DNA of 64,000 nucleotides from Cercozoa sp. M6MM. Its lineage: Eukaryota; Protista; Endomyxa: Ascetosporea. Position 1 is the stretch's first letter. The number at the start of each line of letters is the position of its first letter. The notes beneath the pieces were generated by a model, which was not told the DNA's origin, ran no database searches, and saw only the letters and a list, made by a program, of their open reading frames with translations. Positions 10,026 to 27,203 of this stretch are shown here, piece by piece. The translations under genes and the position numbers were made by a program. The stretch lies in assembly GCA_040357565.1 (NCBI GenBank), contig JBDODJ010000012.1; one strand, 5' to 3'.

Positions 10026-13000
10026 CTACATCGGGCGCTGCGTGTCCTGGTCACGAAAGCCGCGATTGCGTTCGACAAGTTCGTCCCAAGTCATGTCACC
10101 TTTCAGCGCCTTTGCGTCCGACATTTGTCTGTGGTGTCCTACGATGCAGAACACGAGACGAGAGGTATAATCATACACATACACACGCATTTGTAAGAAG
10201 GGAGGTACGCCGTTTCCTCGCCCGTTCTCCTTTCAGGCGACTTCGCAATTCCTGCAGAAACACGAAACACAAAAATAGATCTAGGTCAATTCAGATGGTC
10301 AGATTAAGTGGTCGTACAGCTCGCTTCTCTGCGGCTGCAACGCTCATTTGATGCAGCGACTAAGCAAGCCAGGCAGAAACACTTGGATATGAAGCAGAAA
10401 CAGCACCACAAAGACAAGGTACCGCAGACATGAGTTGCCACACGTGTTGTTGATGCTGCTCTGCTTGCTCCTGCGTGCGTGGCGAACAAGGGATTTACAC
10501 AGAGGCACAGTTACATCCGACAGCTGGAGAGATAGAGGGAGAGCAAGACTACTTGCTGCAGGAAGCTGTCGGGGAACTTCTGCGCCAGGAAGAGGTAGGC
10601 GTCCAGCATGCAGTTGATGCGCTCCAGTTCACGCAAATCTTCCTGCGTAAGTACACATCACACCACCACCACCACCACCACACTGCACGAGCACTGTGTA
10701 CGTCGGATGAAGGCGGCTGGTCCGGCAGAGTGAGTGCTGGTAGTTCGACCTGTCAGCAAGGTGCACACTCTCAGGACGCACATACACACAAACAAATTGG
10801 GCGCAGTACAGGCAAGCCGTCGGAGAAACGTTCAGCCCACACGCGAACTAGTCTCTTCTGTGACGACACCAACACGGGTAGTCGGTCAAGAGGGTAAGAC
10901 ACGGGAGGTAGAGATATAACGTACGTATGCGAGACAAGTGTGGGTGAAGCCGTACGGCGCCACGCAGAAGGTCCACTTGTCGGCTGGCCGCATGAATACG
11001 CCATCCAGTAGGTTGGCCACCTCTAAGGATACACTGATGTACGGGAGGAAGGGGCAAGGGACACAGATAAGGGGCGTACCCAATTCATCAGAGACGTCAC
11101 CAAGCTGGAAGGTATTGTTGTCGAGTTCGCACAACTCGCACATCTCTTTAACCTGTGCATTTTAATGGGTATACTCCTTCCCACGCATCTGTGACGAATA
11201 TACCTGTTCGGCAAAGGTCTTGCCAGGCACCAGGTCACAGAAAGCCTCGACATGCGACCCCTCGAACAGGTACGTCGCACGTTCCTAGGTACACTTTCGT
11301 ACAGCCTGCATAGCAAGGGGCGGGGGGGGGGGGGAAAACGCACCTGTCTCTCCGGCTTTGAGAGCAGCGCTTCCTTCACTTTCTCGATGTTAGCGGCTCC
11401 GCGCACCTGCAGATAGACACACAATGCACTTCCACATGCACAGGGATACATGTCTGGACAAAGGGGACAAAGGTACGCCGTCGATGCTGATGGTACTGAC
11501 GTGTCCGATGCTCTGCTTGCCTTCGCCTGTGCGATCACACACAGAGATAAGGTCGGGCACAAACGACAAGGCTCGGTGTGTACCCTCATAGCGACCGGCG
11601 CGACCGGCGATCTGCAGAGTCTCGCTGACGGTGAGGTCGCGCAACCTCTTTCCGTCAAACTGGGAGGCACAACGGACACAGTGACAAGACAGAAAGCTAC
11701 GGTACACAACAGGAAGGAAGGTTATCTAAGGGAAACGAACCTTCTGTGTGTCGGAGAAGAGAATACGTCTGATGGCGAGGTTGAGACCCATGCCGACGGC
11801 ATCACTTGTAACCAGCACATCGTAGCCTGCACAGTTACCAGACAGAGCAACATAGACGAGGAGGACAAAGGTATGTGAGACCATGTGGTACCACTGTCCG
11901 GGTCGTTGAAGAGACGCGCCTGCTCTCGTCGCACGTCAGGTGGCAGACGGCCGTATACGATGGCGCACTTCATATTCTGCGGGGGGGGGGGGGGTAAAAG
12001 GATAACGTGGTTAAAGGGATAGAAAGAGGTACAGTGGTGGTTTCAACGATGCGTTTGATCTCGTGCAGCTTGGCGCGCGAGAAGGCCACAATGGCGTCGC
12101 CCTTGCTCAGTTGTCGCACTGACTGCAGTGGCTACACACAGACACCAAACGCACACTCAAAGGTGGTGCACACAGTAGCATAGATGGACAAGGCAGTACC
12201 TTGGAGACTCGCAACTGCCCGAGTCGCTCGTAAGTGTTGACGACGAGCTCATCGCCGGTGCGCTCGACCATCTTTTCGACGAGTTGTTTCACCTGTGGGG
12301 AAGGTAGACACGGGTCAAGGGAGGGGCGAACAAGAGTAAAGGGTGGGTAAAAGGGCAGGTCGCGAAAGGGAGGGGCAAAACTACCGAAGCATCGCCGCAC
12401 ACGTGAATCTCTTGAGCCCGCAAACCGAGCAGTGCCGCCGTCCAAGCGTGGCCTCGGTCCGGCGACCCGAGCATCTGGATCTACCACGCCGAGAGGGTAC
12501 AGGAGTCAGGGGATGACCAACAAGTAGGTGGCAAAGGTAGGTGTGTATGCATGTGTGTGTGTGTGTGTGTGTACACACCTCATCAATGACGGCAACGTCA
12601 TAGGTCTGATTTAAGGGCGCCATCTCGCAGGTGCAGGAGGTGTGCAAAGCACCCAGCACGATTTCCTTCTCCTGGCCCGTCATCAAGTTCGTCGGTACAC
12701 CGGCCTGCCCAGTTCCAGATGGTTTACACACTCCTGTCGAGTATCGAGTGAATGCAGGCACCTCGTTCATGCGCTCATAGTTCTCCCACGCCAGCAGACG
12801 CAAGGGTGCCAAATAGATGCCTGCTCAGTACACCAGTCGGCACCTTGCGGAGACATGTGACTACACGGGACCGAGCGTACCAGACCTGGACTGCTTGAGG
12901 GCGTCGATTGCCCGGTGTGTCTGTCACAAAGGTACTTGTACCCTGCAAGGGGCATACCAAGCAGAGGTTGCAGAGAGACATAGACACCTTGCCAGAGTTT

Positions 13001-13284
13001 GTTGGACCGGCGTGGTAGACGATCTTGCGCCGCATGTCTCGGGCGAACGGGTAGCCACTAGACATGCACACGCATACACACACATGCATGTATCAGCACA
13101 CAGGTTATGGGAAGGTACTTCTCAGGGCGGGTCATTTCGAGCAGATCGCCAAACACATTCCGTGAGGCAGGTAAGTTACGCCGCAGCCAGATGCGCATCA
13201 CGTTCTGCACGCGCTGCTGCAGGCGCTGCAGGCGCTCGTCTTCACTCTCCTGCCGACATTACATAAACTTACCATTTACACAGG

Positions 13285-13335
<51 letters not shown>

Positions 13336-14265
13336 ACATATGCCTGCAGTATATGCCAGACACCTGATTCTCACTGGAGACGATGTCCTCCAAATCGTCC
13401 TCCAAATCGTCCTCCAAATCGTCGTCATCGGAGTCGCTATACTCGTCCTCAACGTCGTCGCTAGTCGTCTCTTTGACCACACTAAGAGGATCCTCGCTGC
13501 TGTCGTCGTGCCCCTCGTCGTAGCCCTCGGACTCCTCGTCCTCGTCCTCGGTACCAAAAACGGGAAGAGCGTCGTACCACTGCATTTGCACTCGCTAGGT
13601 ACACCACAGGGACACAGAAAAAGCAGATGAGGCACACACCTCGTGGATGGCACTCAACATGTCCTGCGCACGCGGGTTCGTCGGGTTCTGACAGTAGGCC
13701 ATCAACTGCTCCGACTCCGTCTACACCAGGATTCATTTCATCTTAAAGGATAGGATATATGAAAGAGCAACCTTCAGGGAGTCGAACTTCGCCATCTCGA
13801 GCTGCAAGGAAAGACATGCGTACTGACCTCTGCAACTGCAACAACAAAAGAAGAAATTCACCTCTGAGCAAAGATAGGCGACGTTGTGCGCGATGGCGGC
13901 ACTCTCGTCGTCGAGATTTGAAGCTGCATTGCGCAGGGAAGCTGCAAAGTTTCGCGGCATGCGCGGTCTGCCCACTCGCATGAGGGACGGCATCTGTCAA
14001 GCGAATGCACCGCATGCCGGCAAGGACAAAAATCTAGGTTGTGGTATACCCGCCGCGTCTTCCTTTTCCCCTGTCCCACAGGCCTTCCGTCCTTCTTTTT
14101 TTTAATAGGTTTCCCATGCTTGTGTGTCCTGCCATGATGCTTCTTCGGCTGTCTCTGCAGGGGAACATCGTTAAGCAGAAGAAGAGCAATCAAACATCAT
14201 GAGTAGAGTGATCGCACCGAGGCAAACCGCACAGCTTGGCGCCGCACAGCTAACAACGTGCGCAT
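10026..14265 (-). CDS. SUV3: Mitochondrial ATP-dependent RNA helicase SUV3
   Basis: Presequence-like start [22 protein letters not shown]. Motifs [89 protein letters not shown]. Confidence 0.95.
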
Positions 14266-14670
14266 CACCCAAGTAATCACACACGAGTGCTGTGTAGTCG
14301 GCGGGCTGAGCCGTCGGAAATCAACTCCACGCCATGGGCTCCGCCGATCCCCATTATACCAGGTGATCGTAAAAAAAGGACTGTGTTCTGGCAAAGGCCC
14401 AAAACTGTACCCCGCTGCTTTGACCTAATGCTAGGTTTGAGTGTGTGCTTATACCCACTTGCGTCGCGTGGGCTTTCTAATTTCGAATTTAGGTAACCCA
14501 GTACAGCACGATGAGCGTGTAATCTTTTTGGTGCTCGAGTACGTGGCTTTCCGAGGTTACGAGCGGGTTTAAAACGTTAAGAACCATCTCAGTACAGACC
14601 GATGATCAGTTCCTAAAGATGTCTCGAAGATCGGGCGGAATGGGCGGCGGTTTTGGCACGTATTTTTTCT

Positions 14671-15411
14671 TCATGTGTATGGCCGGCGTCGCTTCACTGC
14701 GAGTAGGAGCGGCTCGCTGCCACTCTGCGAGCTTATCTACAGAAATGATGAGATTCATAAGTGTTCATACTTGCAAATTAGTGGACAGGAGCACCAGCGT
14801 GGGGGTGTCATCGGCGGTCGAGAAGTCTGCCAGCAGCTTGTGCAGTGGCAATCGGCCTGCCGCGTGATACAACCTGTACACAGCATGCAGAAGTATCGAA
14901 ACAAAGGCAGTCAATGTCTGAGACGTCAATGTCTGAGACTACATTGTCAGTGGCAGCGACACGCATCGCGGTCTGCGCCAGCGACGGTACGGGCACCAAT
15001 CCTTGGTGTGCAGTTTGTGCACAACGAAAGGACGCTAGGTCTTCTTTCGCGTGAATGCGACTGCTTTACGTCTGTTTACTCTGTCCAAATGATCAGTCCA
15101 ACTCTTATTGAAACTCAGTACTTAAATACTACACGTACTAGTGGGAGTAAATAGGTGCAACGTACCCGTTGTAGTATTTCGCAAGGACCGAACGCGAAGC
15201 AGTGGTCTGTTGCGTTTGTGTTGTCGAAGATGCGAGGGCTTTGGTGCACAGCCGTTGACCAAGCACGGCTGACGCACGGCGAAGTGACGTGTCATGTCAG
15301 TGCATGGATAGAACAGACAGTCACATGGAAAAGCGAACTTGCAAGAAATCGAGCTAACCGAGAGACAAATTTAACAATCCTTCTTTTCAGCGACTCTGCG
15401 GCGTTTACCAT
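14671..15411 (-). CDS. Putative small multi-exon hypothetical protein
   Basis: Alternating exon-like open segments (e.g. VLGQRLCTKALASSTTQTQQ..., LYHAAGRLPLHKLLADFSTADDTPTL) and GT-AG intron-like segments, lying divergent to the kinesin. Boundaries are uncertain. Confidence 0.3.
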
Positions 15412-15866
15412 GATTTAAGCCACTAAAGTAGTGCAGGGCACCCTGTGCACTGCAACAGTACTAACGGCAGAAAGCCAGCCAAGCACACGTAAAACCGCGT
15501 TTCCCGCTCTCAAAAGCTCAGGTCCTGTGCTAATGTGTATTCGACCAGTACTGAGCTCATTATAAATTCTTATAATTCACTCTGAAACAAAGGGAGGTGC
15601 GACAACAGCTCTCCGAACACTCGCCCCTTTAAAAGGTACGAAAACAGCACTCTCCGGGCACTCACCCTCTGAGCCCTCAAGTGGTACAGTACTGTACTGA
15701 TATACAATAAAAATTAAAAAAGATGACCATGATCGAACAACATTGCAGGCGTTAAAGAACCACGCAGTGTGCGTGCGCGAGCACACGTTTGTGAGTTTTT
15801 GTTATTGTACTGCCAGGCTCGCCCGCTGTGCGATCGCTTCCCCTTTATCTATCGACGTCTGGGGAG

Positions 15867-20718
<4,852 letters not shown>

Positions 20719-21093
20719 CTGGCAGCCTGTGCAGAGGCAAGTGGCGAGCGATGAAATGACCCAACTGAATGTCGTCACCCGTGTCGACGCTGACAGTGTG
20801 TTTCAGCGTGTGCAGTGCTGCGACTAGCATCCATTTTCTGCTTAGTTATTTGTGTTTGTTTGTTTTTCATCATTTTATTGCCATTTTCACGGTAAGGAAA
20901 ATTTAGTTAGGTACCAGCTCAAAGGGACGGCCATGACCAGCTACGTTTGAATACTAGTCACACAGTCGTTGAGTTGGTTGGGTGGTATAACTTTGCTTCG
21001 GTTCGGAAATAGCAAAAGTGAACAACTAGCGCTACGACGCGCAGGTCATTCTTGTCGCAATGCGGCAGTCACCGTCGCACAACGGCGAGAGAC

Positions 21094-22394
21094 TTAGGCG
21101 CGCTTGGCAGCGGCGACCTCGTCCTTCTTGGCGTCCTTCTGCGAGCGGAGGAGCTCGGCACGGCGGGCGGCCAGGGCGTACGGGTTCAGCTTGACCATCT
21201 CGCCGAGGTTCTTGAGCGGGTTCTTCTTGAGACGGAAGGCACGGCCCGACGACTGCGCCGGCTTGAGCGCCGTCTGCACGGCGTCCGAGTTGACGAGACG
21301 CTTGAGGTCGCCCGACACAACGATGTTGCGCGGCAGCTTGTAGCCCGACTTCTGCTCGGACAGGGCCTTGGTGGTGCCGAAGATCTTGTCGAGCTTCTCG
21401 AAGGCGCCCTGCGAGAAGATGATGAAGCGGCCGACGTGGCCACCCGGGGCCAGCTGCAGCAGGTTCAGCGACTCGACCGAGGCGAGCTCGACGCCGGCAA
21501 TGCCGCGGAAGGCGCGCACGAGGCCGTCGTTCTTGGCGTACACCACGAGCGGGCCGAGCTTCTGCTGCGTGCGGCGGTTGCGCATCTTGCCCTTACCGGC
21601 GCGCAGCTTCTTCGAGGCAATCACCTTCTCGACGTCGCCGTAGGCCTTGACGGCCTTGAGCACGGCAATGGCCTCCTTCGTGGTCTTGACGGACTCAATG
21701 GCCGACTCAACAACGAGCGGCACCTCCGACACGTTCGAGATCTCGTGACCGCGCGCCATCAGCAGCGGGGCCGACGCCGAGGCAGCGAGCGCCGAGCAGA
21801 CGGCGTAACGCTTCTCGTTCGTGTTGATCTTGCGGTGCCACTTGCGGTACGTCTTGGTCGGGTTGAACATGCGACCGCCACGGCACATGTTGCCGAAGGC
21901 ACCCTGGCCCGAGCGCGAGGTACCGCCACCCGACACACGCGGGATACGCGACACAGCGCGGCCCTACAATCAGCAGCACGTAAGGTGAAATCACCAGGAC
22001 TCAGGATGTGAAAGCAAAAAGGGGAAGTTACAGTGCCCCACGACTTGGCCGAGTGCTGCATACCGGCGACGAGGCCAGACGGGCCGAAGTGCACCATGAC
22101 ACCGTAGGCCTGACGCGAGTTCTTGCGCATGTTGGTGTGCACGTACTGCACGATGTCCGTACGGATCGGGGCCGTGAAGACAGCCGGCAGCTTGACCTGC
22201 GTGGCGGTCTTCTCACCGGTGAGCGACTGGATCGCAACGAGCGGACGGGAAGCCTACACAAACACCACAGCATTGCCACACCACGCGACACCTTGTCAAA
22301 ATTGCGTTTTCCGCGAAAAATCGCTCAACACAGCAAAATTTGCGCACGCGTTACATTGCACAGCGTAACGTTCTACGGATGTCCAGCGTACCAT
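21094..22394 (-). CDS. RPL4: 60S ribosomal protein L4 (uL4), 2 introns
   Basis: ATG (22392-22394), intron 22254-22391, then ASRPLVAIQ...[14 protein letters not shown]...SWGT, intron, [33 protein letters not shown]...[15 protein letters not shown]. Very strong C/G third-position bias. Confidence 0.98.
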
Positions 22395-22631
22395 TGTGAC
22401 TGCAATTTCCGAAAAGAAGAAGTTCAGAAATTTTAATGTTTTGGGTTTTCGGCGCTCCAGTCGCCCTAATAGGAAACTGGTCAGATAGCTTTGAAGCACA
22501 TGGGAGGTGCGCAGGTGTGCTGACTGGCCGTGTACCTGTCAGGTGTTGTCCAGGTGAATTTGGCCGTTGCTTGCAATGTACCGCCTCGAGACAATACAGC
22601 GCGAAATAAGCATGGGTTTGATGCAGGCAGA

Positions 22632-25600
22632 ATGGAGAATTTCCTGGCGTCCCATGAGGTACATGTGTCGCGGCGGCAGTCGCGGCCACTGCCGGCCTTA
22701 TCCTCACTGATCACTGGCGTTTCTCGGCATGAGGCCGCTGCTGATGTGCGGCAACTGGATGACCTTGAAGGTACCTAATCTACCACGCGGTATGTCCGTA
22801 TATGTATGGATATAACACGATCGGTGCTCAGGCGTTGCAGCTGCCTCATTTCCGCGTGACGTTATTCCTGGCAGTATCGGCAATGTCGATAGTACCGTGT
22901 TTTTTAGTGTGTCCGCCCGGCCCGCGCATGTAGTCGTATGTGAGTACAGGAGGCACGGCAGAGGGCGAGTCGATGCTGACTTCGCGGCGCAAGCGAGCGC
23001 GTTTTGCACGGCGACAACTGGTGCTGCTGCAAGGCACTTCTACTGGGTAAGATAGGGTTCTTCGACGAGATGTGCAGAAGAGTATTTGTGTATGTTTGTG
23101 TAGGGCACAGGCAGAAGAGGAGAGGGAATTGGCGCACTCCATACGCACAGTACTGTTCCTTGTTGTCTTGTGTGTTGGTCTGGTTCTGAGTCCTTCTTTT
23201 CACCCATACACACACGCACACTTGTAGGCACGACAGCAGGCGCGAGAGGCGCGCGTGCGAGTGGCGGCGCTGCAGCGACAACTCGCACTGCTGGACGCCG
23301 AACGTGCCAACACAGTGCTTATACTTTCTTGTATCATTTTAACACTACACCCCTCCCTACCTCCCTCTGCTGGCAGTACGCCAAGGAGGAGGCCTATAGG
23401 GAACGCGCGCAGCAGGAACTAACGCAGCTGCGGCAGGAGATAGCGCAGGCACAGCAGAGGTGTCATCGCATTAGTTCCCCGCTATCCTGTCTGTGTTTAC
23501 CCTCCCCTCCCCCGCGCGCGATAGGTTCCGCACTCTGATGCAGCAGTTTCGGCAGCAAGCACGGCAGCAGCACTGGCACCTTGGCCGAGTGCGTGCCATG
23601 ACGCAACTGTTGCAGCAGTGTCAGCAGCACTTGTCACCAAGGTACACTCCGGGTTTGACCTAGTTTAGACCCATGACTCTTTTCCTGTACCTAGATTTGT
23701 CGTGGTCGACAAGGACGAAAAGAAAGCGACAACAGCAGTTGCTACTGATGTACTGTCGCTTTTCTGCGTGTGAGTTAACTCATGTCAACACTGTATGCAC
23801 AGGTGACGGCCTCGATGCCGACGCCACCTTCGATTCCGATCGACGCTTCCTCCGGTCAGACGCCGGCGGCGGGGAAACCGTCAGTCACCGATGTCCGCGC
23901 GGAAGCGGACAAAACAGTCACTGGCGACAGTGCCGACATGAAAGGTTGTCTTTCACCTCATGTGTATCTGTGATTGTACAACCATTTTGTGTGTCTGGAC
24001 GCAGGTTTCCTGCAGCAGGTGATGCAACTCGCCATGACCGACGACGCTGCCGTATCCTTTCTGTTACCCCCGCGCCGCGCACATAAGCACATGTACCCCT
24101 GGGCAGACGCAACCACCAACAGTGCCGCCGCTGCCGTCGGACGAGGCGACGCGACACTCGCAGTTGCAGCAACTGCAGCAGCGATTGCAGCAACGCACAC
24201 AGCACTGCGAACAGCTGCAGGTGGAGGTACTGCCTTCTTGCCCCCCCCCCCCCTGCTGCTATATCACTTCCAATTCAGGTGGATCGATTGCGCGAGTTGG
24301 CGCGCCCGCGGCCGCTGTCAGCCCTGCTAGGTGGAGATGCCGGTGCTGGTGATGCTAAGGTTGGTGATGCCAAGACCAGTGAGTCCACTATTGGTGACTT
24401 GGTGGGCGGTGTCGATGACGGCGACAGTCAGGATGAAACGCAGGTCACCAGTCAGATCGATCGCATGCGCGACGACGGTGCCGACACTGGCAGTGAGAAA
24501 CGACAGCATCGGCAGGCAGCAGACCAAGACAACAACACTGTGTTCTCACCGTCAACAAAGGATGAACCGCTCATTGTTGCACTACGACAGGTAGCGTTTC
24601 TTCCTTCCGTGTTATTCCCGTGTGGTGTCTGGTGTTTCTTGTATTTGTTCGCGTGTGGGTGACCAGGCTGACCTGGCCGTGCGGCTGCAGAATGACGCGC
24701 GTGTCGCACGCGAGCGCGATGCCACCATCGCCGTGCTCAGGTAGCACTGTATCCTCTTACCTCTTTTAAACCCACATTCCTGCTTTAACCCGTACCCCCG
24801 TGCCACAGGGAGCAATGTCGACGCGCCCAGGACACTTTGCGCAACAACACACAGCAGTTGGTGTCGCTGCGGCAGCAATACACCTCGCTACGACACAAGT
24901 ACGACCAGGTGTTGCAGGTGCCTTGGTCTTTTCTACTGTGTGAATACATGTGAGTGGGTTGGTGTTTGTGTGTGCAGTTGAAACAAGGGCCAGCATCGGT
25001 GTCACAGGATGCGCAACGCAGCGAGGAGCAACGCTTACAGCTCGTGGAGCAGTGGGTACTCTACTATTTGCCCTTCTTACCTTGTCCGTATTCTTGTGGG
25101 TGCAGGCACGTCAGATGGGCACCGCCACAGCCTCGCGCTGGCGTGCGGCGATGCATGCCATGGTCGATGTTCACGGTGTGCTGTCTTTCGCTCCGCTTTA
25201 GCACCCCTTCTCACTTCACTCCGCTCTGCTTATAGGCCGAGTTCCGACCAAGCAAGGAACCGCGGCAAGGGGAAAGTCGCTGCTCGGTCGGCGTGCTGCC
25301 GTTGCTGTTGGTGCCTCTCCCAGGTGCTCACCGTTTTTCCCCCCCCCCCCCCCCCGCGAACCTGACTTCTTGCATATGTGTACATGCAGTGACGTGGCTG
25401 CCACGATGCCGGATGAGGCAACGCGACGGCTTGTGACGGCGCTGCTCGGTCCGGTGCCACCGGACACGCACCCGCACGTTGTGCAACACATGCTGCTGGA
25501 CCGGTATCAGTTCGCTCTGCTACCTATATCTCATGTCCCTCCTCTACATATATTGTGTTCCTATGTGTATGTGTGTGTGTGTGTGTGTGTGCAGACTGTG

Positions 25601-27003
25601 CACGGCCTTGACACAAGTGACGTCGTTGCGCAAGCAGTTGCTGCTGAGCGAGCGCGCTGCCGACACTGCGCGTATCGCACAGGAGGTGTGCACCGTTTGT
25701 TGTTCTCCTGCCTTTCTGCACACACATACCTCTTATTAGACTGCCGAGGAGGAGAAAACAGCGGCAGAGAAGGCACTCGCTGAGATGCGAAAGGACGCTG
25801 CTGCCTTGCAGGCACAGGTGCTTTCTCTACTGTCTGTGTACTAGTAGGGATGTGCAGATATTCACTGCACTGGTAGGTCCGTACCAAGACGATCGCTAGC
25901 ACGTTGAAAGAGAAACTGCGCCGCCAGCAACAACGCTTGCGACAGGTGCAGTTTTCTTCGTTGCCACCCAGCTAGTGTATTTCCTGTGTAGTTTGTGCTA
26001 TTCGGTAGATGCAAGAAGAACATGCGAGTCAAATACAGCAGTTGCAGACACAGCACATTGAGGACAAGGCGGTACCCTTTTCGCACCTCTCCCCGCATAT
26101 CACATGTGTGTCTGTACCCTGCCAATATAGAAGTGGCAGAAGCAAGAGGCGCATTTGCGCGAGTTAGAGACGCTCGTGGCGACGCAGCGCGAGAGCATCG
26201 ACGCGCTGACACAGCAGCTGGCCGAGGTGAGAGCTGCCGCACAGCAGGTCAGCACTGAGTGGACCGACGATGACCACGAAGGCGACACTGGCGACATCGA
26301 CACGTCCTTCCTGCGCGCACCGTCGGTGCTGCCGCCTGTGGCGACGCCTGGTGTACGGTTGGGCGCCTGTCTGTACAGAACGCGTGACTACACAGTGTTC
26401 GAGTCGGTGCACACGCCGTCGCTGCACGTGTCAATTGGCACTCCGGTTCGCTATGATGATGCATCGTTCGGCGTTGTGTCTTTGCTCAAGTAAGCCCCCC
26501 CACCTGGACGGAAACCTGGATGTATGTGTTTGTGCAGAGTGATGCACGATACGAACGAGCTGTTGTTGGAGGTGCAGTCCTTGCCGTTGCTGCGCCAAGT
26601 GGCACGACGCACCGGTGTGTCGGTGCCTCCGACGGCGGTGCCTGAAGAAAGCTCTCTGCGCGAGGTGTGTCTGTGCGACGACGCGGACAGCGTGACACTG
26701 TTGCTGTCGCGTGTGCGGCAGGTTGTGTCGCTGCGCAGTACATCCCCAGACTCTTCACGGGCCGACAGCGATATTTTGCTGTGCCGGTATCGCTTCAATG
26801 CCCAGTCACGCGCGTTCGAGCGCATTAGTCGTCTTCGCAGTGCACGTGAAAGCAGCGCCGAGCAAGACACTTATAGTCACGTTAGCAGTGGTCGCACCAG
26901 CAAGAGCACGCCCGCGGCCAACAGTGCGTCAAGTGCGAGCAGCCACTCGCCGCTGTTGCGACCGAAACACCGTGAAGATCCCGGTGGCCAAGGCGGGTTC
27001 TGA
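22632..27003 (+). CDS. Large Q/E/R/A-rich coiled-coil protein of unknown function, multi-exon
   Basis: Consecutive GT-AG spliced exons such as YAKEEAYRERAQQELTQLRQEIAQAQQR, LQQLQQRLQQRTQHCEQLQ and LRELETLVATQRESIDALTQQLAEV. Last exon ends TGA 27001-27003. The start is uncertain. Confidence 0.65.
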
Positions 27004-27203
27004 CGCGACGTCGTAGTTACTGTGTCAAGAAGTCGACTAAATAACTTGACTTATCTGACTTGGTTGGTTTCCTAGAAGACTCAACCAACTACAGTAACTA
27101 TCTGACTGACGGAACGAGTTCCGCGCGGATCTCGAAAAATATATGTAAGAAAAACTCAGTCGGAGAGTCTCTTAGTGTGAGTGTGGTTTTAATCCGGAAG
27201 TTC

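Noticed and set aside
21052-22011. 319-aa plus-strand ORF
   Set aside because: Antisense shadow of RPL4 caused by strong codon bias.
22254-22300. Apparent missing start codon in RPL4 (and p23)
   Set aside because: The ATG lies upstream of a first intron (22392-22394; 39213-39215), so no editing or trans-splicing is needed.
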